Below are positions 43,262 to 56,445 of a stretch of DNA of 64,000 nucleotides, one piece after another. The notes under the pieces were generated by a model, which saw only the letters and a list, made by a program, of their open reading frames with translations, was not told where the DNA came from and did no database searches. The translations under genes and the position numbers were made by a program. The stretch is from the human T2T-CHM13v2.0 reference genome, Homo sapiens, in assembly GCF_009914755.1 (NCBI RefSeq), contig NC_060928.1; one strand, 5' to 3'. Numbering within the stretch: position 1 is the first letter of the stretch; each line of letters begins with the position of its first letter.

Positions 43262-43859
43262 CACTTTCATGTATATGGTGTATATGGGATGTGTTCAGTT
43301 TTCAGTTTCTATATATATTCATATATATACATGCATACATATATATAATATGCATATATATATATACACATATATAATCACTGAGTTCCAAAAGTAGTCT
43401 TTATTTGGGGCAATTGTATTCTCTCCCCTGTGTCTGCTCACTGGCCTTTGCAAGACATAGCAATTGCTTGATTTTCCTTTGGATAAAAGCCTTATCTTTG
43501 CACTCTTGGCTCTGGTCTTAACTTTAGATTTCTATTCCAGAATACCTCTTATATCAATCTTAAAACCTAAGATGGATAAAGAGGTCATAAAATTTTTAGG
43601 ATGAAAGACTTTGTTTAGTTAAATTATATCCCAGGAAACTCATTCATCTACAAGTTAAATTGTAAAATGATTGTTTGTTGTATCTGAAAAAATGTTTAGA
43701 ACAGGAAATGTAACTGGGTAGCCTGCTATATCAAAGAACCCTAAATGTATTAAGTCTCCTCATATCCATATCCTTGTATAGTCCTCTCTGACACTGACTT
43801 AACAGACACTTGGTAAATGATAGTGAATTTAGGCTTGCCAAATTAAAAAGGCACCAATG

Positions 43860-44114
43860 CCAACTGAGAACCTGATCTATGCTACCAGAGAGACTAACGG
43901 AGGAGAACCCAGCTGATAGCACCACTGAACTGCCCCATATTTGAGTGATGTCACTTTGGACTATATAGGCCTTGTCAGTCAAATAAGGAAACCTAGGCAA
44001 GACTCAGAATATTATCCTCCTGGGCCCAGCCAAAATTAACAAATTGTGAGTTTCTGTTTTAAGCAACTAAGTCTGATGACTGCTTATTACACAGCAATGG
44101 ATAATTGAAATACA
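43860..44114 (+). mobile_element. MLT1 LTR 3' fragment
   Basis: GCCCAGCCAAAATT...TGTTTTAAGCAACTAAG...ACAGCAATGGATAATTGAAATACA. Confidence 0.6.
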
Positions 44115-44773
44115 ACTAAAAGTTAAAGCTGAGATAATGTATCATGTTTAAAAATTTAGCAAGTGAGTACTTCATGAATATATTTACCTTGATGGCATTA
44201 CAAGCTAAGTTTTACTGGGCTTTATTAGAACAAATTATTCGGGCATTGATGAGAAACTGAACTTTCAACCTACCTTATTTACATTTATGTTTCCGTTATC
44301 CCACAAAAGCAGGAAATTACTTTCAACAATGTACCTGAGGTATTTTACAAGAACTCCCTGGTTATTTGATGTCTCAGGTGGAGAAATATGGATCAGATGA
44401 AAAGACAATAAGATTCATTGCTCTCCAGCTGAATATTTTTTCTTAAATGAGTTTATTAGTAAATTGATGATGACAACTTGATTTGATGTTTACTCTGACG
44501 TGTGATGTGAAGTTCTTCCTAAAGCCCCATTTCTTTTCCTTTTTCATATTATTAATATAGGTGAAGACAGAGAATGTGAACATATTAAATATATAGATAT
44601 CTCAACAGGAGAACAGTAAAGATTATATTTCAGACTATTTCAACCCTAAAATATTGACACAGGTTGGAATGAGGTTCCAATTCAGCATAATAGCATCTAA
44701 TGGAATGGGAAGATATAAAATCCTGTGTTGCTTTATGAAATGTTGTTTATTTGATTTTAAAAAGTCTCAGTTT

Positions 44774-45357
44774 CTTTATAGTAGAATGATTTATAATCCT
44801 TTGGGTATATACCCAGTAATGGGATTGCTGGGTCAAATGATATTTCTGGTTCTAGATCTTTGAGGAATCGCCACACTTGTCTTCCACAATGGTTGAACTA
44901 ATTTAAATTCCCACCAACAGTGTAAAAGTGTTCCTATTTCTCCACATCCTCTCCAGCATCTGTTGTTTCCTGACTTTTTAATGATCGCCATTCTAACTGG
45001 CGTGAGATGGTATCTCATTGTGGTTTTGACTTGCGTTTCTCTAATGACCAGTGATGAAGAGCTTTTTTTCATATGTTTCTTGGCCGCATAAATGTCTTCT
45101 TTTGAGAAGTGTCTGTTCATATCCTTTGCCCTCATAAGTGGGAGCTGAGCTATGAGAACACATGGACACAGGGAGGTGAATATCACACACTGGGGACTGT
45201 AGGGGGATGGGGGGCTAGGGGAGGGATAGCATTAGGAGAAATACCTAATGTATATGATGGGTTGATGGGTGTAGCAAACCACCATGGCACGTGTATACCC
45301 TTGTAACAAACCTGCAAGTTCGGCACATGTATCCCAGAACTTAAAGTATAATAAAAA
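44774..45357 (+). mobile_element. 5'-truncated, 5'-inverted L1PA7-like insertion
   Basis: 15-bp TSD AAAAAGTCTCAGTTT / AAAAAGTATCAGTTT (44759-44773, 45358-45372); antisense segment 44774-45131 then sense 3'UTR and poly(A). Confidence 0.95.
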
Positions 45358-45433
45358 AAAAAGTATCAGTTTTATTTAATAGCAGGATCCTTATGTCAGT
45401 GATTGCTGAAGTTTCCAACAAGCTAATTTGTAC

Positions 45434-45683
45434 CAGAGAGACAATGTAAACATTTAGAAAGGGGGTTATATTTCTGTTCTGTCTGCATATGTCAGATGAC
45501 AACCAGAGTTTCAAAGTTCAATCTTATGAAGGGTTATATTGCAGACTTGGCCTAGAAGTCCAAAATCATTAAAATTTTTTGCAAAATTATACCTGAAAAT
45601 TCTTTATGTTGTTTATTAGTAGTCATTATGGGGTTTACAAAGATAATAGGATATAAAGTGATTTCCAAATCTGGTGCAATCAC
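45434..45683 (-). pseudogene. Fossil exon I
   Basis: ggcag|VIAPDLEITLYPIIFVNPIMTTNKQHKEFSG...; phase-0 entry; phase-1 donors after 45593 or 45434. Confidence 0.55.
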
Positions 45684-46288
45684 CTGCCATTTACAATAGA
45701 CAAAATTGTTATTTTCATTAGGTTTTAATGAAAGGAATGATATATAAATTTTTAAAGGCATGTTTAGGTTCATGAAAGAAATTCAGATTATTTTTGCATC
45801 CATAAAGAACTAGTTTGTTGAGTTGATTTAGGAACCAAATTGTAAGACATATTGCACCAGGCAATTTATTTTCTGAGATGAAGCTCAAGTAACTATGAGC
45901 ACAACATCAGGAATGATGTTCTTATGTTCCCAGATGTCTCTAGGCATCTTTGCACTCTTGAAAAATACTAAGTTCCCTGTACCTGAAGAGATTCATGAAT
46001 CAAAAAGAATGTGAGCCCTTGAGTATTCAATATCCCTTCAAACCTTAGAAATTGTCTGTCAATGATGGTGATTATCATCTCACAAGAGTATAGTTAGCTT
46101 CTTTTAAGAGACACAAAAGATCCCTCTGAGTTAGCCCTAGACACACATTACTCCAATTGCCTGGAGAAATGTTTAGCGATCCATACAGAATTACTCTAAA
46201 TTAGATTTAGAGAAAACATCCTCTCTTTGAAGAACACTAGAATTGAGGAAAATATGGTAGAGCATATAGGTTATTTTGCCTCTGTTAC

Positions 46289-46378
46289 TTTGAAGACCTT
46301 AAATCATGGAGTGTGTTAGAACACAGTATATTTATGACAATCATGACAGTTCAGAGAAATGCGATGAGGTCGTTTACT
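46289..46378 (-). pseudogene. Fossil exon H (CxxC motif)
   Basis: tttcag|SKRPHRISLNCHDCHKYTVF*HTP*FKVFK|gtaaca; 90 nt, phase 0 to 0. Confidence 0.6.
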
Positions 46379-47744
46379 CTGAAACTGAATCAACACTAGT
46401 CTCTGCTCTGAGACCCACAAAATCAGATTGTCTGTTTATCTGTTTTATCTGTATGATTTCTATTCCTCTCATTTTGTTGTTGTCCTATTTATAAATCACC
46501 TTTGCTAAATACTAAAGTTATTACTATAAGGTAGTGTCCCAGGTCTGTTTGGTAATAATGAAATGTCCATGGCCAAATCCCATTGCTTTGTTTTGTCAGT
46601 GTGCTGCAAGAAAATTACTTCGATATGCCCTCTCATATTAGAATACCTACATTTTACATACCTATTGCCTATATCAAGTTTTGAATCATACCACTTTCAG
46701 GTTTAACCTGGCCACACAGCATATTTTCTCTATGGTTGCTGAACACGGAATAATAGTTTAATGATTCAGATAAACTATTTTGCAGAAACATTTAAAATCA
46801 GAAATTGCAGAACTACTGAGTATCTGAATTTTAAAGGGAGCCTCTTAACCATATTTTGTTTTCTTTAGTACTCACACTGACAGGTTGATTTACTACCTCA
46901 TTTTCCCAACAAGTGTTAAGTTTCCAATATGCAGTTAAGGGTTTCTGAAAACAGTGACTATTTAATCACATCCTTATAGTTTCCCCAAATTGCTTATAGT
47001 TTACCCTCATTTAGTTAGGTCTATAATATTTCTCAATTAGGGTAAAAATTTCTATTCCTTTCTAATTACTGATGCATATAATATATATAAAAATTAGGTA
47101 GCCTCCCATGAAAACTTAAAATTAAGAGCTTTTAGCATCAAAATATCAGAATAAAAAATTAGGAAAACTCATCAGTTCAGAAAGATTTTCTTTAAATACA
47201 CTAACGTGAATAAAATGCTCACAGAGAATTACTCACATCTAAGGATACAGACTTTTTCCTAAAGTGAAACTATTCTTGGCTCACTCAGACTCTGGAGAGT
47301 GTTTAAATGATTTTGAAGTTCACTGGTCAAAGTCACAGTTGGTAGTAAGAATGATTGTCCCAGAAGAGAATGGAAATGCTTGTCAACTCTACTTTCAACC
47401 CCTGTTGGAATCCCTATGCTGTGGGTAGAGATATGACTAAATTAAGCAGTTTTAAGTCTAAGTCGGCAAGGTTTAATTATTGATTTATTGGTTTTACAAT
47501 TGATAAATATTGCCTTTAAGTATATGTTTTATCATGTAATAGTCACTTTGGTAGCCTCAAATGCCATGGGTTCACAGGGTAAATGTTAAGGTAATAGCTA
47601 AACAATAGAGAGTATAGAGATCTACAGTAAGTGAAAAAAAAATTAAGATGTAATACAAGTCCAGCATGACAGACTTCAAAAACTTTCAAAAAGTAGGAAA
47701 AGAAAACCAGAAGTCATTCTTGCAGTGTCTCAGATTGCACTGAC

Positions 47745-48069
47745 TTGATGCCTAATTGGTGTTCATATCCATCCATTGAGAATGGCTCAAGAGGCTGAGA
47801 TCCTCTATTTCCTTCCAATCTCTTGCTGAAAACGATGGCATTCATCCTTTTGTCCTCTTACCACTACTGACATAGTGACTGGCATCCCTACATCAAGGAG
47901 AAAAAAATTCTTTGAATTAACATGTTGAAAGGATCTTACAAGTGCAAATGATGTCTTAGAAGATATAACACATTGATATTTCTGAACATTGCTGGACATT
48001 TTTCACAGCATAACATATTCCCATCAGGATCATCTGCCATTGTAAGGAGTGATTATTGTCAATTACAGG
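47745..48069 (-). pseudogene. Fossil exon G (reading frame ambiguous)
   Basis: ctcctaccctttag|...KMSSNVQKYQCVISSKTSFALVRSF...GMPVTMSVVVRGQKDECHRFQQEIGRK*...PIRHQ|gtcagt; phase 2 to 0; most stops are TGA. Confidence 0.6.
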
Positions 48070-48254
48070 CTAAAGGGTAGGAGAGCAACCCCAACCCAGG
48101 GAAAGCAGAAACTCCAGGTAGGAATCACTAAATTTAACCTGTCTTGGTTACATAGACTATTATTTAGATTTAGGCAGTAGTTATTATTTTTTTTAATGTA
48201 CTTTTTCTGGCAAGGCAAGTTATATGGAAATGAAATGTGATTCTCACCAGTTAG

Positions 48255-48757
48255 GTAGTATAGCAGTTCATGTAATGCTAGTACCTGTACAAATAAACTT
48301 TGAAGTATATAATGTCACAAACAAGCAAGCGAACAAACAGAAATATATATTTTACTCATCTAAAGTCCAAACTGAGTATTCTTTATGGCAAGTGGTTTTC
48401 CTCTAAGTCATGTTCCGGGATGCTTCTTTTTATCTTGTGGTTCTACCATGATGTAGATTATTGTGTTCATTTTCACCAAGCCAACCAAAAAGGGAAAAGT
48501 GCAGAAAATCACATGGGAAATTATTATTTTTATTTATTTATTTATTTATTGGAGATGAGTCTTGCTCAGTCACCTGGCCAGGAAATTATTTTTTAAGCAA
48601 AGACCTGGAAATAATTCATATCATTTTTTCTCATATTCTATTGGGTGGAACTCAAGCCCATCCTCCCTGTCAAATGCAAAAGAGGCTGGGAAACATAGCA
48701 GTGTGCCCAGAAAAGTGATGAAATAGGATTGACAAATTGTTGGTAGTTGCTGCCACA
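48255..48757 (-). mobile_element. MLT1J/K-like LTR
   Basis: ...CTCATATTCTATTGG...GAGGCTGGGAAACATAG...TGCCACA. Confidence 0.6.
48526..48580 (-). mobile_element. Severely 5'-truncated Alu with TSD
   Basis: (TTTA)n tail + GAGATGAGTCTTGCTCAGTCACC; TSD GGAAATTATT (48516-48525, 48581-48590). Confidence 0.8.
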
Positions 48758-48829
48758 TGCAATAGCATGAATATTGTGCTTCGATAACTCAACATATAAT
48801 TGGTAGAGGTGCAAAGTGGGGAGAAATAA

Positions 48830-49294
<465 letters not shown>

Positions 49295-50111
49295 TGTTCT
49301 TGCTCTTTCTTACTACCAACTCTACCCTTGAAATTCCACCACTTTAATCTCTAAAGACTCTCATGTCTCAACATGGTAACTTTGGAGATCATATAACCTG
49401 AGAGCATATTTAACATAATCATGATTGGCTGGAGGGCTGGCAGAAGGGATTCAGTCTTGGGGAAGTGTAAAGAGAAGATATTGTAAATTCTAAGAAAGAT
49501 CTTTTCTCACTTGAGGAATTTGTATCACAGCATATCCACTTACCATACAATGTAACATTTCAAACGTTACAACTTATACCTGAAGTTGAGAAACAGCTGT
49601 GCCACAAGAGAAATATCTATACTTATCTCTTTTATATTGCTGTGTCGCTTTGGATAAGTGATTTCACCTCTTTGGGTTTCCTCTCTGTGTAACATAAGAG
49701 AGACAGACTAGATAACTAGCCTTAATTATTTTCCTCTGTCCATATTTCCATTCATTGTCCTGCACAAATACTCTTTTTGGAAGTTATTTCTAAATGTAAG
49801 AGTCTTTAGATGATCATGTGAAATCATATTTCAAAATGAGGACTGCTGATGGGATCCTTGCAAACCTTTTCCTGTCAAAATTAAGATTACAATTTTACTG
49901 CCTGCATGGGGTGAAGATAAAGGGCTCATGCTTCCTTCACTAATGCTAGACGTTCAGAAACAGTTTGAGGTATACGTTTATATTTTTGGCCAAAGTATTG
50001 ACAATTCTTTGTAATTTCTATAAAGCAGAATGTGTTCATCATGTCCTTAAATAGATATAATTGTTATATATCGAAATATTTCTATTACTTAAAAATATAT
50101 CGTGAATATAC

Positions 50112-50487
50112 TTCAGTAACTCAGCTGCCTTTCTGAAAGGAAGGAATTCTTTTGCTATGGTACAGTAACTGTTCTAGCTCCTATCTTGCTGAGCTCCCAG
50201 CTCTGAGGTCATTAAGCACTGATCTCGCAGCAAAGCTTTTCTGCAGCCCAGTGGGAAGAATTGGTTCTTGATGTGGAACAAGTAGGAATCAATCCCGAAA
50301 ATATTTGACTCTTCCCTTTGAAGTCTTTTCTTAAGTAACCTTTTTCTTTGTGCCAATCTTATTCTCTTCCCTTCTACATCAATTCTAGTCTTAAGTTTTT
50401 TTTTTTTAAATCAACCACGCACCATATAGCTTTTTTCTGAAATTATACTGGAAATTTCTCAACATGCTTTGGGAAATGCGGAAATTA
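50112..50487 (-). pseudogene. Fossil exon F
   Basis: ttattctaccag|T-NFRISQSMLRNFQYNFRKKLYGAWLI*(fs in A12 run)LKTRIDVEGKRIRLAQRKRLLKKRLQREE...KEFLPFRKAAELL-AA|gtatat; phase 2 to 2. Confidence 0.7.
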
Positions 50488-51804
50488 CTGGTAGAATAAG
50501 CAAAACATTCTTTATGGTTTATTCATGCAAACTGACTCAGCAAAGGAGCCCCAAACAAGCTTTGGTCATGGGGATTGAACAAAGCAGAAACAACATTCAC
50601 ATGGCATACAGCACACTGCATGTTGTAGGTGTGAAATCATTTGGGCTCTCTGTTGGAGAAGTGGATTTTTCTCTATAGGAAGTTCTTATCTACTACAGAG
50701 AGAAGATTGGGTTATATAAAGGTAAACAAACATTGCAGATTGCAGATATTCTGATTCTGCAATGAAGCAAAATTTCAGACCTCAATGTTATGAACTCTTA
50801 ACCAGGGAAGTCAGGGCAATGGGGAATTTCCAAGAAAAAAATAAAAAGAAACACATATATAAGTATGTCTAAGCTTTATGCTGTTTGCTATATTTTCTGC
50901 ATTAATAAATGTAGGATGTTGAAATTGTGTATAATGTAAGTAAAAGTCTACATGTCTGCAAAATAAATTCTGAACATATAAATCTAACTAATGATAAAGG
51001 GATCAGGAATGGTTTTTGAATTTGATGCTTTGGAGAAAATTATATATTCAGAAGTTAGAAAACATCAGAGCTCTAAGGTCCTTTGAGATTATCCTCTTAC
51101 TTTATTTTATTAATGGAGAATGAAAGACATAGATAGGTTGAGTGGCTCTTTCCCAAGCTTACATAAGGCATAATATATGTTGTGATTTGACAAGTCTCCT
51201 GACTCTATTTACAGCACTCTTTAATATTAAATGCATCTATAGCAGTAGATAATTATTTTAAAGCCAACTCATTTTTGCAAACTAAAACAAGTGACATTTT
51301 TCAATAGTTACAAAAATATATTAACTGAAAAGCTGTAGAATTTAACTTTACTTTTGCTAACTGATTGAGAAAGCAAGTGTAAAAGAAAGTCATATATTGA
51401 AATAACTAGATATTGAGCTAAGAATATGCACTGTAGGTTTGCATAAAAACTTATGAAAGAAAAACGGGAAATAAAAGTTAACTGAAAATGATCGGACTAA
51501 AAAAATAATATTAGCAGGCAGTTACAATACAGCTAAATCAAAAACAAAGAAAGCAAGACAACTTAGAATTTCAGCACCTCATTATTCATAGAAATAATCT
51601 CAAGGTGGCATTATGGAGATGTGGAAAGAGAAACAACATCTTCTCAAAGCACCTCACAGCATTTTGTCCTGTGAAGGAATAATAACATGCATATATGAGA
51701 CAAAAATTATTTGGATTTTGGCAGTATTCTTATAGTAATTGGGTGTAATGGGAATGGTTATGGGTGTATCTTTACATAAACTGAAAAGATAATAAGACAA
51801 ATTA

Positions 51805-52108
51805 GGCCGGATGTGGTGGCTCACTCCTGTAATCCCAGCTCTTTGGGAGGCTGAGGTGGGTGGATCACCTGAGGGTGGGAGTTCAAGACTGGCCTGGACA
51901 ACATAGCAAAACCCCATCTCTACTAAAAAGACAAAAACTAGTTGGGCATGATGGCGCACACCTATAATCCCAGCTACTCAAGAGGCTGAGGCGGGAAAAT
52001 CACTTGAACTCAGGAGGCAGAGGTTGCAGTGAGCTGATATCACTCACTGCACTCCAGCCTGGGTGACGGGACCAGACACTGTCTCAAAAAAAAAAAAAAA
52101 AAAAAAAA
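51805..52108 (+). mobile_element. AluSx-like
   Basis: Full dimer with GGATCACCTGAGG; A tail; approximate TSD AARACAAATTA. Confidence 0.95.
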
Positions 52109-52321
52109 GAAAAACAAATTAGGTTAGCAGCCATTATCTTGGGGTTAGGGGAAATAAGAATGATGGAAAGAAGAGTGGAATTTCAGATTTGTATACCCAG
52201 AAGTCTGGGTCAGTGGTGTTATATTGATTAAAGTAATCAAAATTTAACAAAAATTAACTTGTTTAAAGTTGATCAGGGTATTATTATGGAATATTAATCA
52301 TAAAAATGATACAAAGATTAC

Positions 52322-52971
52322 TTGCCACAAAATGGGCTTTGTTTTCAGTGACTATTGAGGGAGAATAAATAAGGTATAGAATGATAATCATTATAATCTA
52401 CATATTAAATCCACATTAGTGTGTAGAATTGCTTTGTTTTTTCTTTTTGGTAGACATGAAACTGGGGTATCAAGACATGGATATTTTAACAAGAATAAAA
52501 TTTTGTATCTATAAAATCTACAAAACTCATAAAATTAATCTGAGAATGGATCATAGGTATACTTTTGAATATTCTTTTTCTCTCATTTACAAAAGAAAAG
52601 AAAAACTCTTTTCCATCCTGAATCTTAATGATGCTTTACTCTGGAGTGCAAAATTTTATGGGGCATCGAACAGGTAGACAATTCAATATATTGATTTCAG
52701 GTAACCTCTTTTAATCAACACTTCTTTTTATATAACATATTTCTGTTAAGAGCAAAGAGCTGTGTTAGAAAATGTGGTATTTAAAACTATGTTAGGATGT
52801 TATTAAATCAGGTATATTACAGAGTGGGCAATGCAAGTGATGACAATTTTCATTTAATGATATGTTCTCTTCTATCTTCTGACTACAGTCAAATAATTTA
52901 ATCACTTGAACCCAGGAGGCAGAGGTTGCAGTGAGCCAATACAGAGGGCACTGTATCGGTTCACTGTAAGC
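52322..52971 (-). pseudogene. Fossil exon E (C2H2-like fingers)
   Basis: cctttccctcag|AYSEPIQCPLY[Alu]KLFDCSQKIEENISLNENCHHLHCPLCNIPDLITS*HSFKYHIF*H...SPFCG-AA|gtaatc; 650 nt in one frame with 7 stops; phase 0 to 2. Confidence 0.7.
52900..52939 (+). mobile_element. 40-bp internal Alu right-arm fragment, no tail or TSD
   Basis: AATCACTTGAACCCAGGAGGCAGAGGTTGCAGTGAGCCAA embedded in unique sequence. Confidence 0.85.
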
Positions 52972-53539
52972 CTGAGGGAAAGGCTTATTTAAAGGGAAGA
53001 GCAGGAGCATTGGAAAGAAATGTTGAATAGCATGGTACATTAATTTATCTATGAAACAAGCTCATGGCAAAGACCATGCCTTAGCTGATTGTGAATTTAT
53101 CTAAGAATTGGAATTTATAAGTGAGATAAGTGCCAAGGTGTCACATTTCAATATCTACATTTGAATTTAAAAATGATATCAGAATTTTTTTTTGACAGAG
53201 AATAAGCCTGATTAGGTTAACTTAATAAGAATTTGGTCTGTCAATTAGGTAATGTATTACACATTTTCTGCAAATTGATTGATCTAAATGTGTAGCCCCA
53301 AGGCTTTTGTATTAATATATTTAAGGAGTATAAATACATTAAAAATTTATTGAAATATGACACTGGTAAAAATGTATTAAAGAAAAAAGTTGTTTTTCCT
53401 AATTATCTATTCGTTTATTGACTTTAATAAAATACCTCTGAGTTAAAAAATAACATGTGTAAATAAAGCATGTTTGAAGGTCTTTAAAAAATTTTTTGGT
53501 GTAGGTATTAGTTTATTTTAGTGCCTTCTTTAAGAAAAA

Positions 53540-54080
53540 ACACTTTATTGAGGTATGACTGACATACAAACTGCTGTCCATATTTTATGTACACAATTTG
53601 ATGAGTTTGGGGATAAACATATACCTGTGAAACCATTACCACAATCAATGCCATAGGCATCTTCATTCACCTCCAAAACCTTCTTCCCACTCTCTATGTT
53701 TTTAATTTACTTTTCTGTGGTAAGAATACTTAATGTAAGATCTACCTTCATAGCAAATTTTAAAGTATATATTACAGTACTGTTAACTATAGGCACTATG
53801 CTGTACATTCAACCCCTAGGATTTACTTATCTCGTGTAAGTGAAAGTGTGTACCTTTTGACAGACACCTCTCTGGTTCCTCCCCCTTCTTAGTCCCTGGC
53901 ACCCACCATTCTACTCTCTGCTTCTATGAGTTTGACTATTTTAGATTCCTCATATGACTGGAATCATATAGTATTTGCCCATCTGTATTAGGCTTATTTC
54001 ACTTAGTGTAATATCCTTCAGGTTCAGCATGTTTTCACAAATGGCAGGATTTCCTTCTTTTTAAAAGCTGAATAATATTG
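53540..54080 (-). mobile_element. L1MA/L1MB 3' end
   Basis: CTTTATTGAGGTATGACTGACATAC...TATGAGTTTGACTATTTTAGATTCC...AAAAGCTGAATAATATT. Confidence 0.8.
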
Positions 54081-54715
54081 GTTTCTATTGCTGCATGACA
54101 AATTACTACAACGTTGGTGGCTTAAAATAAAACCCATGTATCATCTCACATTTTCCATGGGTCAGGAATTTGGGAATAGTCTATCTGGGTCTTCTGCCCA
54201 GGGTCTCACAAAGCCATCATCAAGGACTTGATCAGGGTTGCAGACTCATCTGAGGTTCATTTGAGGTCTCTTTCCAAACTCAGCGGTTGTTGGCAAAATT
54301 AACTTTCTTCTGGTTATATGATAGAAGTCCCAGTTTTCTTGCTAGCTGTAGGCCAGGACCACTCTTAGCTCCCAGAGGCTACCCTCTGGGGTTTGCCACA
54401 TGAGGCCCATTTCTCAAAACATGACAACTTGTGTCTTGAAGGCCAGCAGGAGAATCTCTATTCATGAAGGACTCAGTCCCCCTTTTAAAAGCTTTTTCAG
54501 ATTAAATAATATTTATCCAAGATGATATCCTATTTTATCAACTGAAAACCAACAGATTTCGAATCTTAATTGCATCTGCAGGATGCCTTAGACTTGACCA
54601 TTTAATGTAAGCTAATGAGAAGAGTAAAATCCATCATATCCACTCTCAACCACACTCAAGGGGGGAGGGTGAAATACAGTGTGTACATCAGGTGATGAGA
54701 ATCTGCCTACTGCCA
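54081..54715 (-). mobile_element. MLT1 (E-like) LTR
   Basis: TTTCTATTGCTGCATGACAAATTACTAC...GGGTCAGGAATTTGGG...GAATCTGCCTAC. Confidence 0.7.
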
Positions 54716-55659
54716 TATGCTTCCCAGCAAAAGAAAAAGAAAAAAATGTCTCTAATGATTGGTAACAACTTCTAATCATGAACTATATTTCCAGTCAGGT
54801 CCAATAAAGAAATTAATGGATAATCTAAACAAGTGTAGCAGCTGATTATTAAAAATAAATTTTGATGGTCAATCAATATGTGATTTTTGGATAGGTGATA
54901 AAATCTGGAAGAAGTTCAGAGAACTGAGTGCCATCATGGAAACAATACTCTTTTTATTCCCATGTGCTTACATGCTGTGTTTCCATTAATATCTATCTGT
55001 TTTCTCTTTTTCCTGGGATCAAAGATTTCTGGCTAGGTGCAAAGCTGCCCGGCTAAAGAATATACATCTGTTTCTATTGCAGCTGGGAGAAGTCAAGTTA
55101 CTAAATGCTCGCTGATGGAGTGTGAGAGAAATTGATGTACGTCATTTCTTGTCTGAATGATAAGCTATTAAGAGTGAGAGCCTCTTCACCATTTATTTCC
55201 TTTTTAACAAATAAAAATAGGAGGTGCCTGAAACTCAGCTTTGGCCATGCTTGGAGGACAATCCCTAGAAGATAGCAGAGGTACAAGTTGGAAGAAATTG
55301 GGATATTTCCATGACCCTGTTGGAGCAGGTTTACTCAGCTAATTTGCAGTCTCACCTAGGAACTATTCCATAATAGAAATATTAGCATTTCTAGCCATTT
55401 CTCATTTATCTAAATCTTCACTACCTGTCTTGAGAAACTCAATAGATTTGGATGACTTTTTTGAGACAAGTTCTCCTGGCCTGGCCTCAAAAAACTCATC
55501 CAAATCTATTGGTTTCTCACAAGAATGAATTGTAAATGACTTTAATTGCTCAGAGGTTTGATCTATTGGACTAAACATACCAGTCTCCTAAGAAGCACCA
55601 AAGAATAAATATTAGTTATTATAGGTGTTTCAATCAAAATTCATAATAGGCAATATGAT

Positions 55660-56335
55660 GTGAATTGATTTATGACATCCTTTCCAAGTTCTTTCTAGTG
55701 AAATTTTCTGAACTGTCAAGGTGAGAAAACTGAAAACCATATTTCTTGGATTTCTTTGCAGGTAAGCTTCCAGAGTGATCTGGAAATATTTGCACATATT
55801 TCAGGAGGTGAAAACTGAGGTGAAAGCTGAACAATTGCTGCTTCTGAGGATTTTCTTCTAGGTATTGCTGTGGAAACTTTTAATTTTCTTATTAAATTAT
55901 ATATTTATTTGTCTGTAGAATGATTAGCAGAGGTACCAGTATCCAGTAAGCAGCATCGTAGGCATCCAGAGGAGCAAGTGGGACATCTCTTTTGAACATA
56001 ACTGTTATAACATGTTTCTGAAGCTGAGAGCAACAATGACAGCTTCTCAGTCATGGAAGGGGCTTTCTAATTGCAATAGCGGTCTGTGGATTGACAGGAA
56101 ACAGCTTTCATGTTAGCTTCTCAATTTAGTATGTGGCTTCCTGATCATAGACAAGATGGATTCTTTGATGGTTCATTCTCTATTGTACCTTTGGGAGTGT
56201 TTCTGGAAAGCACAATCTTGTTTCCTCCCCCCCGACCCCTGCACTCCTCATGACTCTCTAAACCATTTAACACCTTGCAGTGATCTCTTTTGGCTTTAAC
56301 CAGCTAGAAAGTTCTCTGCTCTTTGATGATGAACA
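55660..56335 (+). mobile_element. Degenerate ERVL-class LTR
   Basis: AAAACCATATTTCTTGGATTTCTTTGCAGG... and 3' end TTAACCAGCTAGAAAGTTCTCTG; family not resolved. Confidence 0.4.
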
Positions 56336-56445
56336 TCGCCCAGTGAAGGTAGTATTTTTATCTTTCCTGATCATCCGTACTCCTAGTGAGAGACAGCATC
56401 ACACAACTGTGCAGAATAGTAATTTTAGTTGCTTTTCTACTTAAC

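Noticed and set aside
56270-56385. Apparent exon after tctctcactag on the minus strand
   Set aside because: The intron to exon D would be only ~60 nt and the 3' part runs into LTR-like sequence.
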